Assembly: GCA_002269645.1 (NCBI GenBank)
Contig: NIVC01001362.1
Span: 62,001 to 126,000, forward strand
Direction: 5' to 3'
Source: Macrostomum lignano
Taxonomy: Eukaryota
Length of the DNA: 64,000 bases
Part shown: piece by piece, positions 24,719 to 36,600 of the stretch
How the letters are laid out: each line of letters starts with the position of its first letter
Numbering within the stretch: the stretch's first letter is position 1
The notes under the pieces: model-generated
Told to the model about the DNA's origin: nothing
Database searches by the model: none
What the model saw: only the letters and a program-made list of their open reading frames with translations
Translations under genes and position numbers: made by a program

Positions 24719-27700
24719 CCTGTTGACCTCTCTACTCCAAGTCCTTTTAGTCCATCGCGCCCACCGCTTCGCCATCTCGTCCGACTTCCAAGCTGCGTTC
24801 TATCAGATCGGGGTCAATGAACGCCATCGAGACGCTCTCCGTATCATTCTCCCAAGAGACATCTCTCAACCCCTCATCGACGGCAACTTTGAAATATGGC
24901 GCTTCACCCGTATCGTCATGGGTGCTTCTCCCAGCCCGTGGATCCTTCTCGCAGTTCTGCACAAGATTTGTTTCGACGCTCTTAACTCCGGAGAAACATG
25001 TCTGACTCGTACGGAGCTCGAACGCGTCATAGGTGGTCTCTACGTCGACAATCTAATCGTCGGAACCGACACTGAGGAGGACGCCGCCCGACTAGTCCGT
25101 GGACTTCGCGAGCTCTTCCGGCGAGCCTGTTTTCATCTTCGCGAGTTTGCCACCAATCTGCCCAACTGCCTTTCCACGATTCCCAGTGAGGATTGCATCC
25201 GCAGTCACAAAGTCGGCCTTCTGGGTCTCACTTGGGACACCAGCGCAGACCGCATCGCTCTCAAGAAGCCCAACCTGCCACGCCCAGAGGAACTCACCCG
25301 CCGAAGGCTATGCCAAGGTGTCCACACCCCCTACGACCCAGCCGGTTACGCCGCTCCACTCATCCTCAGCGGTCGCCTTCTATATCGCCAGGCTTTCCAA
25401 GCCTCCGACTCCTGGGATGAAGCGGCCAGACCCGAGATCCGCGACGCCTGGGCTAAGCTCCTGCCAGACCTCCTCCGCCTCGATGAGATCAACGTCCCTC
25501 GCTTCGTCGCCCAGGATGCGGGTCAGCCAGTCCGCCTCGTCATCTTCTCCGACGGTGCTCCGGGTGCCTATGGCTTCACCATCTACATCTGGCAGAGCCT
25601 CGGCTCCAGCATCACCTGCCGCCTCGTCTTCGCCAAGACCCGTCTTGCTCCTGCCGCCAAGAAGGGCCTCCTCGTCACCGTCCCACGCCTCGAGCTCTGG
25701 TCAGCTCTCATCGCCACCCGCGCCGCATCTGTAATTCTCGACGCCCTGCGAGATCACCTCAAGTTCGAAGGCGTCACTCACTTTATTGACAGCCAGATCG
25801 TCCTTCACTGGCTTGCCAACGGTGCCAAACTCCGTGATTACGAGTCGCGTCGCGTTCAACAGATCCTTGACTCCGATGTTACACGTGACTATCGTTACGT
25901 ACCTACAGCCGAGAACCCCGCCGACCACTGCACGAAGCCACTCAGCTTAGCTCAACTGCAGCAGTCCAGCTTCTACGAGGGCCCCGCCTTCCTCAAGCGG
26001 CCGTTTCTCGATTGGCCTTCCTGGACCGCTTCAGCGCCTGACCCTTGCCTTTTGAAAGGTGTCCCTGCTAGGAAGAAGCCTACAACACTCGGGGCTACTC
26101 TAATCGCTACTGGATCTGCTGCCTGTGCCACGCCTGGCCACCTGAGCCTCGAGCGCTCCAACCGCCTTGAACACATCCTCGGCGTCACCTGCTACCTCAT
26201 CCGACTGAAGGCCTACATCCAGCGACGCCAATTCTCGAAAGACTTCCCGCCTTCTCATGCCGAACGCCAGACGGCCCTTCTCCTGTGGATCCGAGTAGCC
26301 CAAACTGAGTGCTACGGAACCGTCATCCAAGCCCTCGAGTGCGGCCGGCCCAAATCTGAGAAGATCATCACCCAACTGGATCTTCATCTCTGTGACGGTT
26401 TCATCCGCCTCGGCAGCCGCTTCGCCAACGCTTCCATGGATGAGGACAGCAAGTACCCGCTCCTGCTGCCGCCCGGCCATCGCCTGACCCGGCTGCTCAT
26501 CCTGCTCATCCATCGTCAGAACAGCCACGCTGGTGCCTCCACTGTTCTCGCCATTCTCCGCGACAAATACTGGGTGCCCAAGGGCCTCCTAACCGTCCGT
26601 GATGCGCTCTCCGACTGCATCCAGTGCCGCCTCGCCAAAGGCTCAACTCGCGCGCCGCCCGCACATGGCCAACTGCCCAAGGAGCGCCTAGACGCCGAAG
26701 CTGGTCCCTTCGCCTCCGTACTCGTCGACCAGCTCGGGCCCGTCTTCACCTACGACCATAAGCTCAGAGTCTCCACCAAGCGCTGGGCCCTGCTCATCAC
26801 GTGCTGCACTTCAAGAGCCCTCCACATCGAGATCCTCTACGACTACTCCGCTGACGCCGTCCTTCACGCATTCGAGCGCTTCTGGTGCCGCCGCGGTCTC
26901 ACCAAATGCACTGTCTACCTTGACCAGGCCACCGCCTTCCAAGCCGCAGGAAAGTTCATCGAGAACCACATCGCCACCGACTTCCAGAAAAAGCTCCACA
27001 ACAACCTCGGACCACTCGCCGCCTCGCGACCCCTGGTGTTCAAGTTCGCGCCAGCCCGAGCCCCCTGGCACCAAGGCGCGGTCGAGCGCCTCGTCGCCCT
27101 CACAAAGTCCAGTCTTCGTCCCGCCCTCTGGCGCAAACGCATCTCCGATGAGGAACTACACACTCTCCTCGTCAAAATCGAGGCCATCCTCAATTGCCGG
27201 CCGCTGACCACTGTCTCCAACGACCCGGCCGATCCGTCACCGCTGACTCCGGCTCACCTCCTCGGGGTTGGCCCTCACCTGTTACTTCCGGGCCACCACG
27301 ACGCCTTCCTGCCTGCCGGTACTTCCACTGCTGACCGCCTCCGAGCTCTTCATCGCCGCCGCGACGCCATCCTTAACGAGTTCTGGGGCCGGTGGAGACA
27401 GGAGTACCTCAGCCATCTCCGGTCAGTCCATCTACAAGAACGGCATCGCCACAGACAGCACACCAGCGACGGCATCAGCTTTCAACCCGGCCAAGCCTGT
27501 CTGCTGGCTGAACCTACGCCTCGAGCGACATGGAAAGTGTGCCGGATTCTGCAGCTGCATCCGGACCCAACCGGTGTCGTCCGGTATGTGACCATCCGCA
27601 CCGTATCTGGCCACGATGTCCGGCGATCCATTGGACACCTCGTACCCCTCGAGTGTGACATCAACGGCCCGCTTGCCGGCCCGCCTGCCGGCCCGCCTGC

Positions 27701-27818
27701 CGGCCCGCCTGCCGGCCCGCCTGCCGGTCCACCTGTCCGCCCGCCGACTGGCCAATCACCCCGCGACAAGCGCGCCATACGCCGGCAAAAAATCCGTGAC
27801 GGCATTTTTGACGCCTGA
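24719..27818 (+). CDS. 5'-truncated BEL/Pao pol: partial RT, RNase H, H2C2 zinc finger, integrase core and C-terminal domain
   Basis: Uninterrupted ORF containing FAISSDFQAAFYQI, RIVMGASPSP, LYVDN, FSDG...YG, HFIDSQIVLHW, HRQNSHAG...CIQC, YLDQAT, WHQGAVERL and FWGRWRQEYL. Confidence 0.95.
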
Positions 27819-27921
27819 ACTGAACTACATAACCGAATACTCACAGTCACAAGTTAATAATTCTACCGTTTTACCGTTCAAAATCCCCGCTATTTATCGT
27901 TACCTGTTGGCCCCCCGAGCC

Positions 27922-28182
27922 TGTCGGATTTCCATCCTCCAATTATTTGTACTTTCTGTTTTGCAATTCAGCCTTGTACTTTTCAGTTAGCCGACTCCCT
28001 TCGTCTACCATGCTCTTCCCCACAGACAATCTCAATCGTTAATTCACCATAGATTATACAACTAACCTGTTCATTCTGTTAGTATAAATACAAGTTAATC
28101 TGGCGGCTTAGGCCCTTCACCTCTCTCTCTTCCTTTCTGCACCACTTAAATCTCGTTCTATTAGTTTATTGTCTATTCGACA
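27922..28182 (+). repeat. LTR 3 (261 bp)
   Basis: Same sequence as LTR 1 and LTR 2; followed by the TSD AGTGC. Confidence 0.97.
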
Positions 28183-28258
28183 AGTGCAATGCAAATTATT
28201 CAGTTGTGTCATGCTACTTTTTGCAATTCACACCGGGACTTTGTCGCGAACCCCGCAG

Positions 28259-28312
28259 ATCATGCTCAAGGACCAAGAGAAGAACGTCTCCATTAAGAAG
28301 ATCTGGAAGTGA
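28259..28312 (+). CDS. PSMC5: Rpt6 terminal exon
   Basis: ccccgcag|ATC ATG CTC AAG... gives IMLKDQEKNVSIKKIWK*, matching the Rpt6 tail VMQKDSEKNMSIKKLWK. Confidence 0.96.
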   Translation: MMLKDQEKNVSIKKIWK

Positions 28313-28719
28313 AGCATTGAGTCGCTCGATCGTGTTCCTCTATGACTTAAAATATCTATTGACCTGTGTGTGTGCTCAGTGAGTGCTCAGTCTGATTTAA
28401 TTCATACGCATGCTGAGCACTTTCTCGAGGCTCAGGCTGAACTCGCAAGTTTCTTTTGCTGGCTTTTCTGTTATTTTTTATTACCTTCTGCCTGCCCGCA
28501 CACACTAAAGATTTTGAGCTGGGTTTTTTTTAGTTTCAGGAAACTTTAACTATTTCTTTAAGTATCTTTGAGTGTTTGTTAACCAGATAAAAAGCGACGT
28601 AAGAACCACTCTCTGTATAATTCTTTATAATTCCCGAGAAATTCTAGTTTTAAAGAGCAGCAGAAGTACTTAAAGTATAATTTTAAACACCCCGTTAAAC
28701 CAATCTGGGAAATTGTCGT

Positions 28720-30265
28720 TAAACATCCCCGATAAACCAATCGGAGAAACCTACCTTAAACATCCCCGATAAACCGATCGGAGAAACCTACCTTAAACAT
28801 CCCCGATAAACCAATCGGAGAAACCTACCTTAAACATCCCCGATAAACCAATCGGAGAAATCTACCTTAAACATCCCCGATAAACCGATCGGAGAAACCT
28901 ACCTTAAACATCCCCGATAAACCAATCGGAGAAACCTACCTTAAACATCCCCGATAAACCAATCGGAGAAACCTACCTTAAACATCCCCGATAAACCAAT
29001 CGGAGAAGTCTACCTTAAACATCCCCGATAAACCAATCGGAGAAACCTACCTTAAACATCCCCGATAAACCAATCGGAGAAGTCTACCTTAAACATCCCC
29101 GATAAACCGATCGGAGAAACCTACCTTAAACATCCCCGATAAACCAATCGGAGAAATCAACCTTAAACATACCCGATAAACCAATCGGAGAAACCTACCT
29201 TAAACATCCCCGATAAACCAATCGGAGAAATCAACCTTAAACATACCCGATAAACCAATCGGAGAAACCTACCTTAAACATCCCCGATAAACCAATCGGA
29301 GAAATCAACCTTAAACATACCCGATAAACCAATCGGAGAAATCTACCTTAAACATACCCGATAAACCAATCGGAGAAATCAACCTTAAACATCCCGATAA
29401 ACCAATCGGAGAAACCTACCTTAAACATCCCCGATAAACCAATCGGAGAAATCTACCTTAAACATACCCGATAAACCAATCGGAGAAATCAACCTTAAAC
29501 ATCCCCGATAAACCGATCGGAGAAACCTACCTTAAACATCCCCGATAAACCAATCGGAGAAATCAACCTTAAACATACCCGATAAACCAATCGGAGAAAC
29601 CTACCTTAAACATCCCCGATAAACCAATCGGAGAAATCAACCTTAAACATACCCGATAAACCAATCGGAGAAACCTACCTTAAACATCCCCGATAAACCA
29701 ATCGGAGAAATCAACCTTAAACATACCCGATAAACCAATCGGAGAAATCTACCTTAAACATACCCGATAAACCAATCGGAGAAATCAACCTTAAACATCC
29801 CCGATAAACCAATCGGAGAAACCTACCTTAAACATCCCCGATAAACCAATCGGAGAAATCTACCTTAAACATACCCGATAAACCAATCGGAGAAATCAAC
29901 CTTAAACATCCCCGATAAACCAATCGGAGAAACCTACCTTAAACATCCCCGATAAACCAATCGGAGAAACCTACCTTAAACATCCCCGATAAACCAATCG
30001 GAGAAATCTACCTTAAACATACCCGATAAACCAATCGGAGAAATCAACCTTAAACATCCCCGATAAACCAATCGGAGAAACCTACCTTAAACATCCCCGA
30101 TAAACCAATCGGAGAAACCTACCTTAAACATCCCCGATAAACCAATCGGAGAAACCTACCTTAAACATCCCCGATAAACCAATCAGAGAAATCTACCTTA
30201 AACATCCCCGATAAACCAATCAGAGAAATCTACCTTAAACCTTCCCGATAAGCCAATCGGAGAAA
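28720..30265. repeat. 37-bp minisatellite (~42 copies)
   Basis: Unit AAACATCCCCGATAAACCAATCGGAGAAACCTACCTT in head-to-tail copies with no spacers. Confidence 0.97.
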
Positions 30266-31084
30266 CATCCCAATCCCCATAAACCAGCTGCTCAAGTTAG
30301 TATTCAACAATCGGTAATACGGTTTTTGCGCCGCTCCATTCTGTTTTATTTCGCTTACTAATTTCTTGTCCCCGCGTTGTGTCGGTTTTGCTCCTATAAA
30401 TAATTATTAATTTGTCATCGTTTTCTCCAAGCATCCGGGGCCTTATACTGTATTCAATACTTGTTTCGTAGACTCCATCATTAGTTTAGGATGGTTAGTT
30501 GAGGGAACTGAAAATACAGGAGCGAGTGAAAGTTTAAATTAAACAATTTAATAGACTCTAAAGTATTTATCTTCTGTCAATTTTGGTTGTGCCTGAGTGT
30601 TATCTTTGTTAATATTTGAGGCATGAAGTATACCCAGCGGCACAAATGCATTGAAACCCCAAATCCTGCATATTATATATTCAGTTTGTCTGATTTTATA
30701 ACTTTCAGAAACCTGCATAGCTGGCAGAAATGCTCATATGAAAAACTAAATCTAATCCTCTGTGTTGCCACTTGCTTGATAAATATAAAAAAATTGAAAA
30801 TCGTTAAAATTGACACATTTTCACAATAATAAACACCCAGCACAATGTGGACAATTTGCGTGAATGAAAATGTATTAATAAATAATAAAATAAAACAAAA
30901 ATTAACTTTGTAAAACAGTTTCATTTTGGTGACTAAACAGGCAGTTTATATATAGCTTTGCAAACTTTCATTGCGTCAATTTTTACTGTATTGATATGTT
31001 TTCAACGAAAATGATATTTAATAATTAAAATTCCTCTAAGAACTCAAGAATGGCCTCAAAAGTGCAATGAGCATTGTATCAATC

Positions 31085-31955
31085 AAAAGTGCAATGTGAA
31101 TCGCTTCGATAAAAAAGTGCAATAGGAACCGCATCAAAAGTGCAATAAGAATCGCATCAAAAGTGCAATAAGAATCGCATCAAAAGTGCAATAAGAATCG
31201 CATCAAAAGTGCAATAAGAATCGCATCAAAAGTGCAATAAGATTCGCATCAAAAGTGCAATAAGAATCGCATCAAAAGTGCAATAAGAATCGCATCAAAA
31301 GTGCAATTTGAATCGCATCAAAAGTGCAATAGGAACCGCATCAAAGTGCAATAAGATTCGCATCAAAAGTGCAATAAGATTCGCTCAAAAGTGCAAAAAG
31401 AATCGCATCAAAAGTGCAATAAGAATCGCATCAAAAGTGCAATAAGATTCGCATCAAAAGTGCAATAAGAACTACATCGAAAGTACTTTCAAAAGTGCAA
31501 TAAGAATCGCATAAAAAGTTCAATAAGCATCGCATCAAAAGTGTAATAAGAATCGCATGTGCAATAGGAACCGCATCAAAGTGCAATAAGAATCGCATCA
31601 AAAGTGCAATAAGAACCGCATCAAAAGTGCAATAAGAATCGCTTCAAAAGTGCAATAAGAATCGCATCAAAAGTGCAATAAGAATCGCATCAAAAGTGCA
31701 ATAAGAATCGCATCAAAAGTGCAATAAGATTCGCATCAAAAGTGCAATGTGAATCGCATCAAAAGTGCAATAAGATTCGCATCAAAAGTGCAATAAGAAT
31801 CGCATCAAAAGTGCAATAAGAATCGCATCAAAAGTGCAATAAGAATCGCATCAAAAGTGCAATAAGAATCGCATCAAAAGTGCAATAAGATTCGCATCAA
31901 AAGTGCAATAAGAATCGCATTAAAAGTGCAATACCAATTGCATCAAAAGTGGAAT
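31085..31955. repeat. 23-bp minisatellite (AAAAGTGCAATAAGAATCGCATC)
   Basis: About 37 copies. Confidence 0.97.
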
Positions 31956-32691
31956 AGAAATTGCCTCAAAGTACATTTAGAATGGTTTCAAAAGTCGAAC
32001 AAGAATCATCTCTTCCACTTTATTTATTATATCATTTTTTTATTTATATCATTTATGAATATTTGCATAATGTAATTAAACGATCTCAAAAGTGCAAGCA
32101 ATTATATCATTGCCTCAACAGCGCATTCAGAATCAACTCAAATCTTGGCCTGAGAATCGCCTGAAAGCTTTCGATCCTAAAAAGATGTACTTTTATTAAT
32201 TTTACATGTAAACGAACAGCCTTATACAATAATTAGAAAGCAAAAAAGAGATTCCTCATTAAGATTTACATGTTCTCTATTCAACTTGCCGAGAAAACGG
32301 TCTTGCTCATAGACAAAAATTTAATGGAAACAATTGTCTTTTAGTTATTGAATAATTTGAAGGATTAAAGATTGGCACTGCCGAATGCAACGAGGCGGCT
32401 TTACAACTTTTTTTAGTTTTCAGTTACTGATTTCATGGATTTCTGATCGTAGATTTAAAAACACCTAGTTTAATACAAATTTTCTTTTCGTCTGGACAGA
32501 TTTCAGTTTGACTTCGAGAATTTGAATCGATCAGCCGTTGATCGATCGATTTATTTATCCACTGATTTGTGATTTGCAATAAATTGAAATCTCAGCTCTG
32601 AATGGCGCAAGCAAGGTGAGCTTAGGAACAGTTCTCTAATGGCGCTTTTTGATGATCCCACAGTCTCAGATCTAATATAGGATCTCATCCT

Positions 32692-33226
32692 ATAATGGGA
32701 TCCGATCCCACAGTCCCTGATCCCATAATGGAATCCGATCCTACAGTCCCTGATCCCATAATGGAATCCGATCCTACAGTCCCTGATCCCATAATGGAAT
32801 CCGATCCTACAGTCCCTGATCCCATAATGGGATCCCATCCCACAGTCCCTGATCCCATAATGGAATCCGATCCTACAGTCCCTGATCCCATAATGAAATC
32901 CGATCCTACAGTCCCTGATCCCATAATGGGATCCGATCCCACAGTCCCTGATCCCATAATGGAATCCGATCCTACAGTCCCTGATCCCATAATGGGATCC
33001 GATCCTACGTACAGTCCCTGATCCCCTAATGGAATCCGATCCTACGTACAGTCCCTGATCCCCTAATGGGATCCGATCCTACAGTCCCTGATCCCCTAAT
33101 GGAATCCGATCCTACTGTCCCTGATCCCATAATGGAATCCGATCCTACAGTCCCTGATCCCCTAATGGGATCCGATCCTACACTCCCTGATCCCCTAATG
33201 GGATCCGATCCCACAGTCCCTGATCC
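32692..33226. repeat. 33-bp minisatellite (GATCCTACAGTCCCTGATCCCATAATGGAATCC)
   Basis: About 16 copies; source of the spurious [11 protein letters not shown] ORFs. Confidence 0.95.
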
Positions 33227-33600
33227 GAAGGTCACGGATATTGTCCGGGGTGGTCAGCTCGTCCATCCGCTGGGGGTGGCCGAGGTATTTATGCCGCGCC
33301 TTGTTGAAGTAAGGGCAGAAGGTGACGTGATGCTCCGCGGTCTCCTCTCCTATGCCACAGAAAGGACTGGTGGGAGGGCAACCGGTTTGCAACGAGATAT
33401 GTCTCTGGAAGAAGCCATGGCCGGTTAGGGCCATGCACATCTCCCTGAGGTCGGTTCTGTTAAGCGAGATCAGATAATCAGAGACTTTCCTGTTCAGGTT
33501 AGGCATGGCAGAGCGGCTCTGCCTGTACTCAGTGCAGCCGTTCCAGTGGAGCTGGTGGAGCCACCTGTTGATATGGCGGGTGACTTGCCCGGAAATGGCT
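33227..33600 (-). mobile_element. 3' fragment of a non-LTR retrotransposon ORF2 (zinc-knuckle region)
   Basis: [53 protein letters not shown] matches the LINE C-terminal TGH...C..C...ET.EH....CP...R motif. Confidence 0.8.
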
Positions 33601-33642
33601 TGATATTCCCTACTGTTAATTGTGATTAAACCGGGCCTTCAG

Positions 33643-36600
33643 CCAGCAAGACCAGCCCCACAAAGAGGAGCCCGAGTCGCCGCCCTATCCGCAAATCGAG
33701 TGCCCGCCCTGCGCCATGCGCGGCTCCGAGCTGCTTGTCTCCGGCGTCAGTTCCGCTCCAAATCCTGCCGAGAAGAAGCTACGGAAGCAGAAGCAGCCGC
33801 GAGCAAAATCGAAAAAAGCCGTTCGATCGAATCGAGCCAGCGAGTTGCGCAAGCAGCAGCATCGCCAAGAAGCCGAGTATCCCGACGGTCTGCAGGCTCA
33901 GCAGCAGCAGCAGCCGTCGCCGCACCTGAGGCGCCTCTATAAAGGCCGCGGTCCGTCCGCCGTCTTCCTCGGGTCCAACAGCGACAGCGTCAGCGACACG
34001 GACAGCGACTCCGGCGCTCTGCCCGATCTGCATCTGAAAATTATTGAACCATACAGGAGCTCCGCTGGCCTGCCCAGGACGTCTACGGTGCGTGTTCACC
34101 GTGGCAATCATCTACCTCCCTTCATCTGCCTCCTTCATCTGCCTCCCTTCATCTGCCTCCCTTCATCTGCCTCCTTCATCTGCCTCCTTTCATCTGCCTC
34201 CCTTCATCTGCCTCCTTCATCTGCCTCCCTTCATCTGCCTCCTTTCATCTGCCTCCCTTCATCTGCCTGATCCCTTTATCTGCCTCCCGTCATCTCCCTT
34301 CTTTCATCTCCCTGCCTTCATCTGCCTCCCTTCATCTACCTGCCTTCATCTGCCTCCTTTCATCTGCCTCCCTCATCTGCCTCCCTTCATCTCTCTTCCT
34401 TTATCTATCTTCCTTCATCTCTCTCCCTTGATCTCCTTTCCTTGATCTCCCTCCCTTCATCTCCCTCCCTTTATTTCCTTCCCTTCTGAATCCCTTCATC
34501 TCTCTCCTTTCATCTCCGACCCTTCATCTCTCTGTTCATCCCTATCCCTTTGTCTCGTCTCTTCATTTTCACTTTCCTCTCTTTTTTGACTCTTCGTACC
34601 TTTATCTCCCTCCCTGCATCTCCCCCTTTGATTTTCCATGCCTCTCAAGCTATATCTCTCAGGCCCTTTATACTTAAAAATTTTAGCAGCGCTCAGTCGC
34701 ATCACAGTCGAAAAATTCACCGGCAAGAAACGTTCCGTAAGCGAAGATATTATGCAAAATTTCTTTACTGACTACTTATAAAATGGAAACATAGCTGTTG
34801 GTCAGTAGTGTGGCAAGGGTGGACATCGTGTTTTTTGACATGCAGCTCTGAGAAGTCCGCAACATGAGAAGCTTCAGCATGTTAAATACAAGCTCTAGAA
34901 TGTTAAATACAAGCTCCAGAATGTTAAATACAAGCTCCAGAATGTTAAATACAAGCTCCAGAATGTTAAATACAAGCTCCAACATGTTAGATACAAGGCC
35001 ACAACATGTTAGATACAAGCTCCAACATGTTAGGCATAAGCTCGAGCATGTTAGACACAAACTCGAACATATTAGATACAAGCTCGATGCTCGAAAATGT
35101 TAGACACAAGCTCCAGCATGTTAGATGTCGCCAAAGCTCCCCATCCCAGACTCCCTACCCACCGCAGACACAGTGCCGAAGACCCCTCAGCCGCGGCGGG
35201 CAGCGGCAGCAGCAGCCTGGACCTGCCACGCCTCCGCGAGCAGCTTCAAGAGACTGAGCGGCAACGATCGAAGCTTAAAAATCGACTGGCCGAGCTGGCC
35301 AAATTGATGTCCGAATCGATGGCCGAGGAGCACCGGCCGGACGATGCAGCTGTTGCTATGGAAACGGCCGCCGCCAAGCTGGCTACCGTGTCTACGGACT
35401 CGCGCTATCCGTCCGATCCGAGCGTTGAACATGACGACGAGGATCAGAGCGAATCTCTGGTGTCAGTCCCGGAAGCTGAGGACACAGTTGAAAATGTCGA
35501 GTTGCCTCCATTGGAGGTCGAGAAGCCTCAGACGGAATCGGCCAGCGTTGCGATTCAGACTGACCAGCTGCTTGGGGTTGCGGATAAACCGGATCTGTGC
35601 GACAGGGTGGGTGGTGACAGTTGAGAGCGGGCTGATTGATTGATTGACTGATTGATTGATTTTTTATTGACTGACTGACTTACTGATTGATTGTTTAATT
35701 GACTGATTAATTAATTGATTAGCTGATTGATTGATTAATTAATTGATTGACTGACTGATTGATTGACTGATTGATTGATTGACTGATTGATTGACTGATT
35801 GATTGATTGACTGATTGATTGACTGATTGATTGATTGACTGATTGATTGATTGACTGATTGATTGACTGACTGATTGATTGATTGATTGACTGATTAATT
35901 AATTAACTGACTGACTGATTGATTGATTGAATGATTAATTGATTGACTGATTAATTGACTGATTGACTGATTGATTGATTGAATGATTAATTGATTGACT
36001 GATTAATTGACTGATTGACTGATTGATTGATTGAATGATTGATTGATTGACTGATTGATTGATTGATTGACTGATTGTTTGATTGACTGATTGATTGATT
36101 AACTGATTGTTTGATTGACTGATTGATTGATTAACTGATTGTTTGATTGACTGATTGATTGATTAACTGATTGTTTGATTGACTGATTGATTGATTGACT
36201 GATTGATTGATTGACTGATTAATTGATTGACTGATTGATTGATTGACTGATTGATTGATTGACTGATTGTTTGATTGACTGATTGATTGATAGACTGATT
36301 GTTTGATTGACTGATTGATTGATTGACTGATTTATTGATTGATTGACTGATTGATTGATTGACTGATTGATTGATTGACTGACTGACTGATTGATTGATT
36401 GACTGATTGATTGATTGACTGATTGTTTGATTGACTGATTGATTGATTGACTGATTGATTGATTGACTGATTGATTGATTGACTGATTGATTGATTGACT
36501 GATTGATTGATTGACTGATTGACTGACTGACTGATTGATTGACTGATTGACTGACTGACTGATTGATTGACTGATTGACTGACTGACTGATTGATTGACT

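Larger units (their letters stand above)
23437..28182 (+). mobile_element. BEL/Pao LTR retrotransposon, rearranged three-LTR insertion lacking gag/protease
   Basis: Three 261-bp LTRs (TGTCG...CGACA) and a 5-bp TSD AGTGC at 23432-23436 and 28183-28187. The pol region has the YVDN RT motif, Pao-type RNase H and integrase. Confidence 0.96.

Noticed and set aside
28720-30265. 37-bp repeat with an internal palindrome resembling a CRISPR repeat
   Set aside because: Units are head-to-tail with no unique spacers, there are no cas genes, and the context is eukaryotic.
32551-33428. [11 protein letters not shown] and related repeat ORFs
   Set aside because: The 33-bp array is open in several frames on both strands and has no splice or promoter support.
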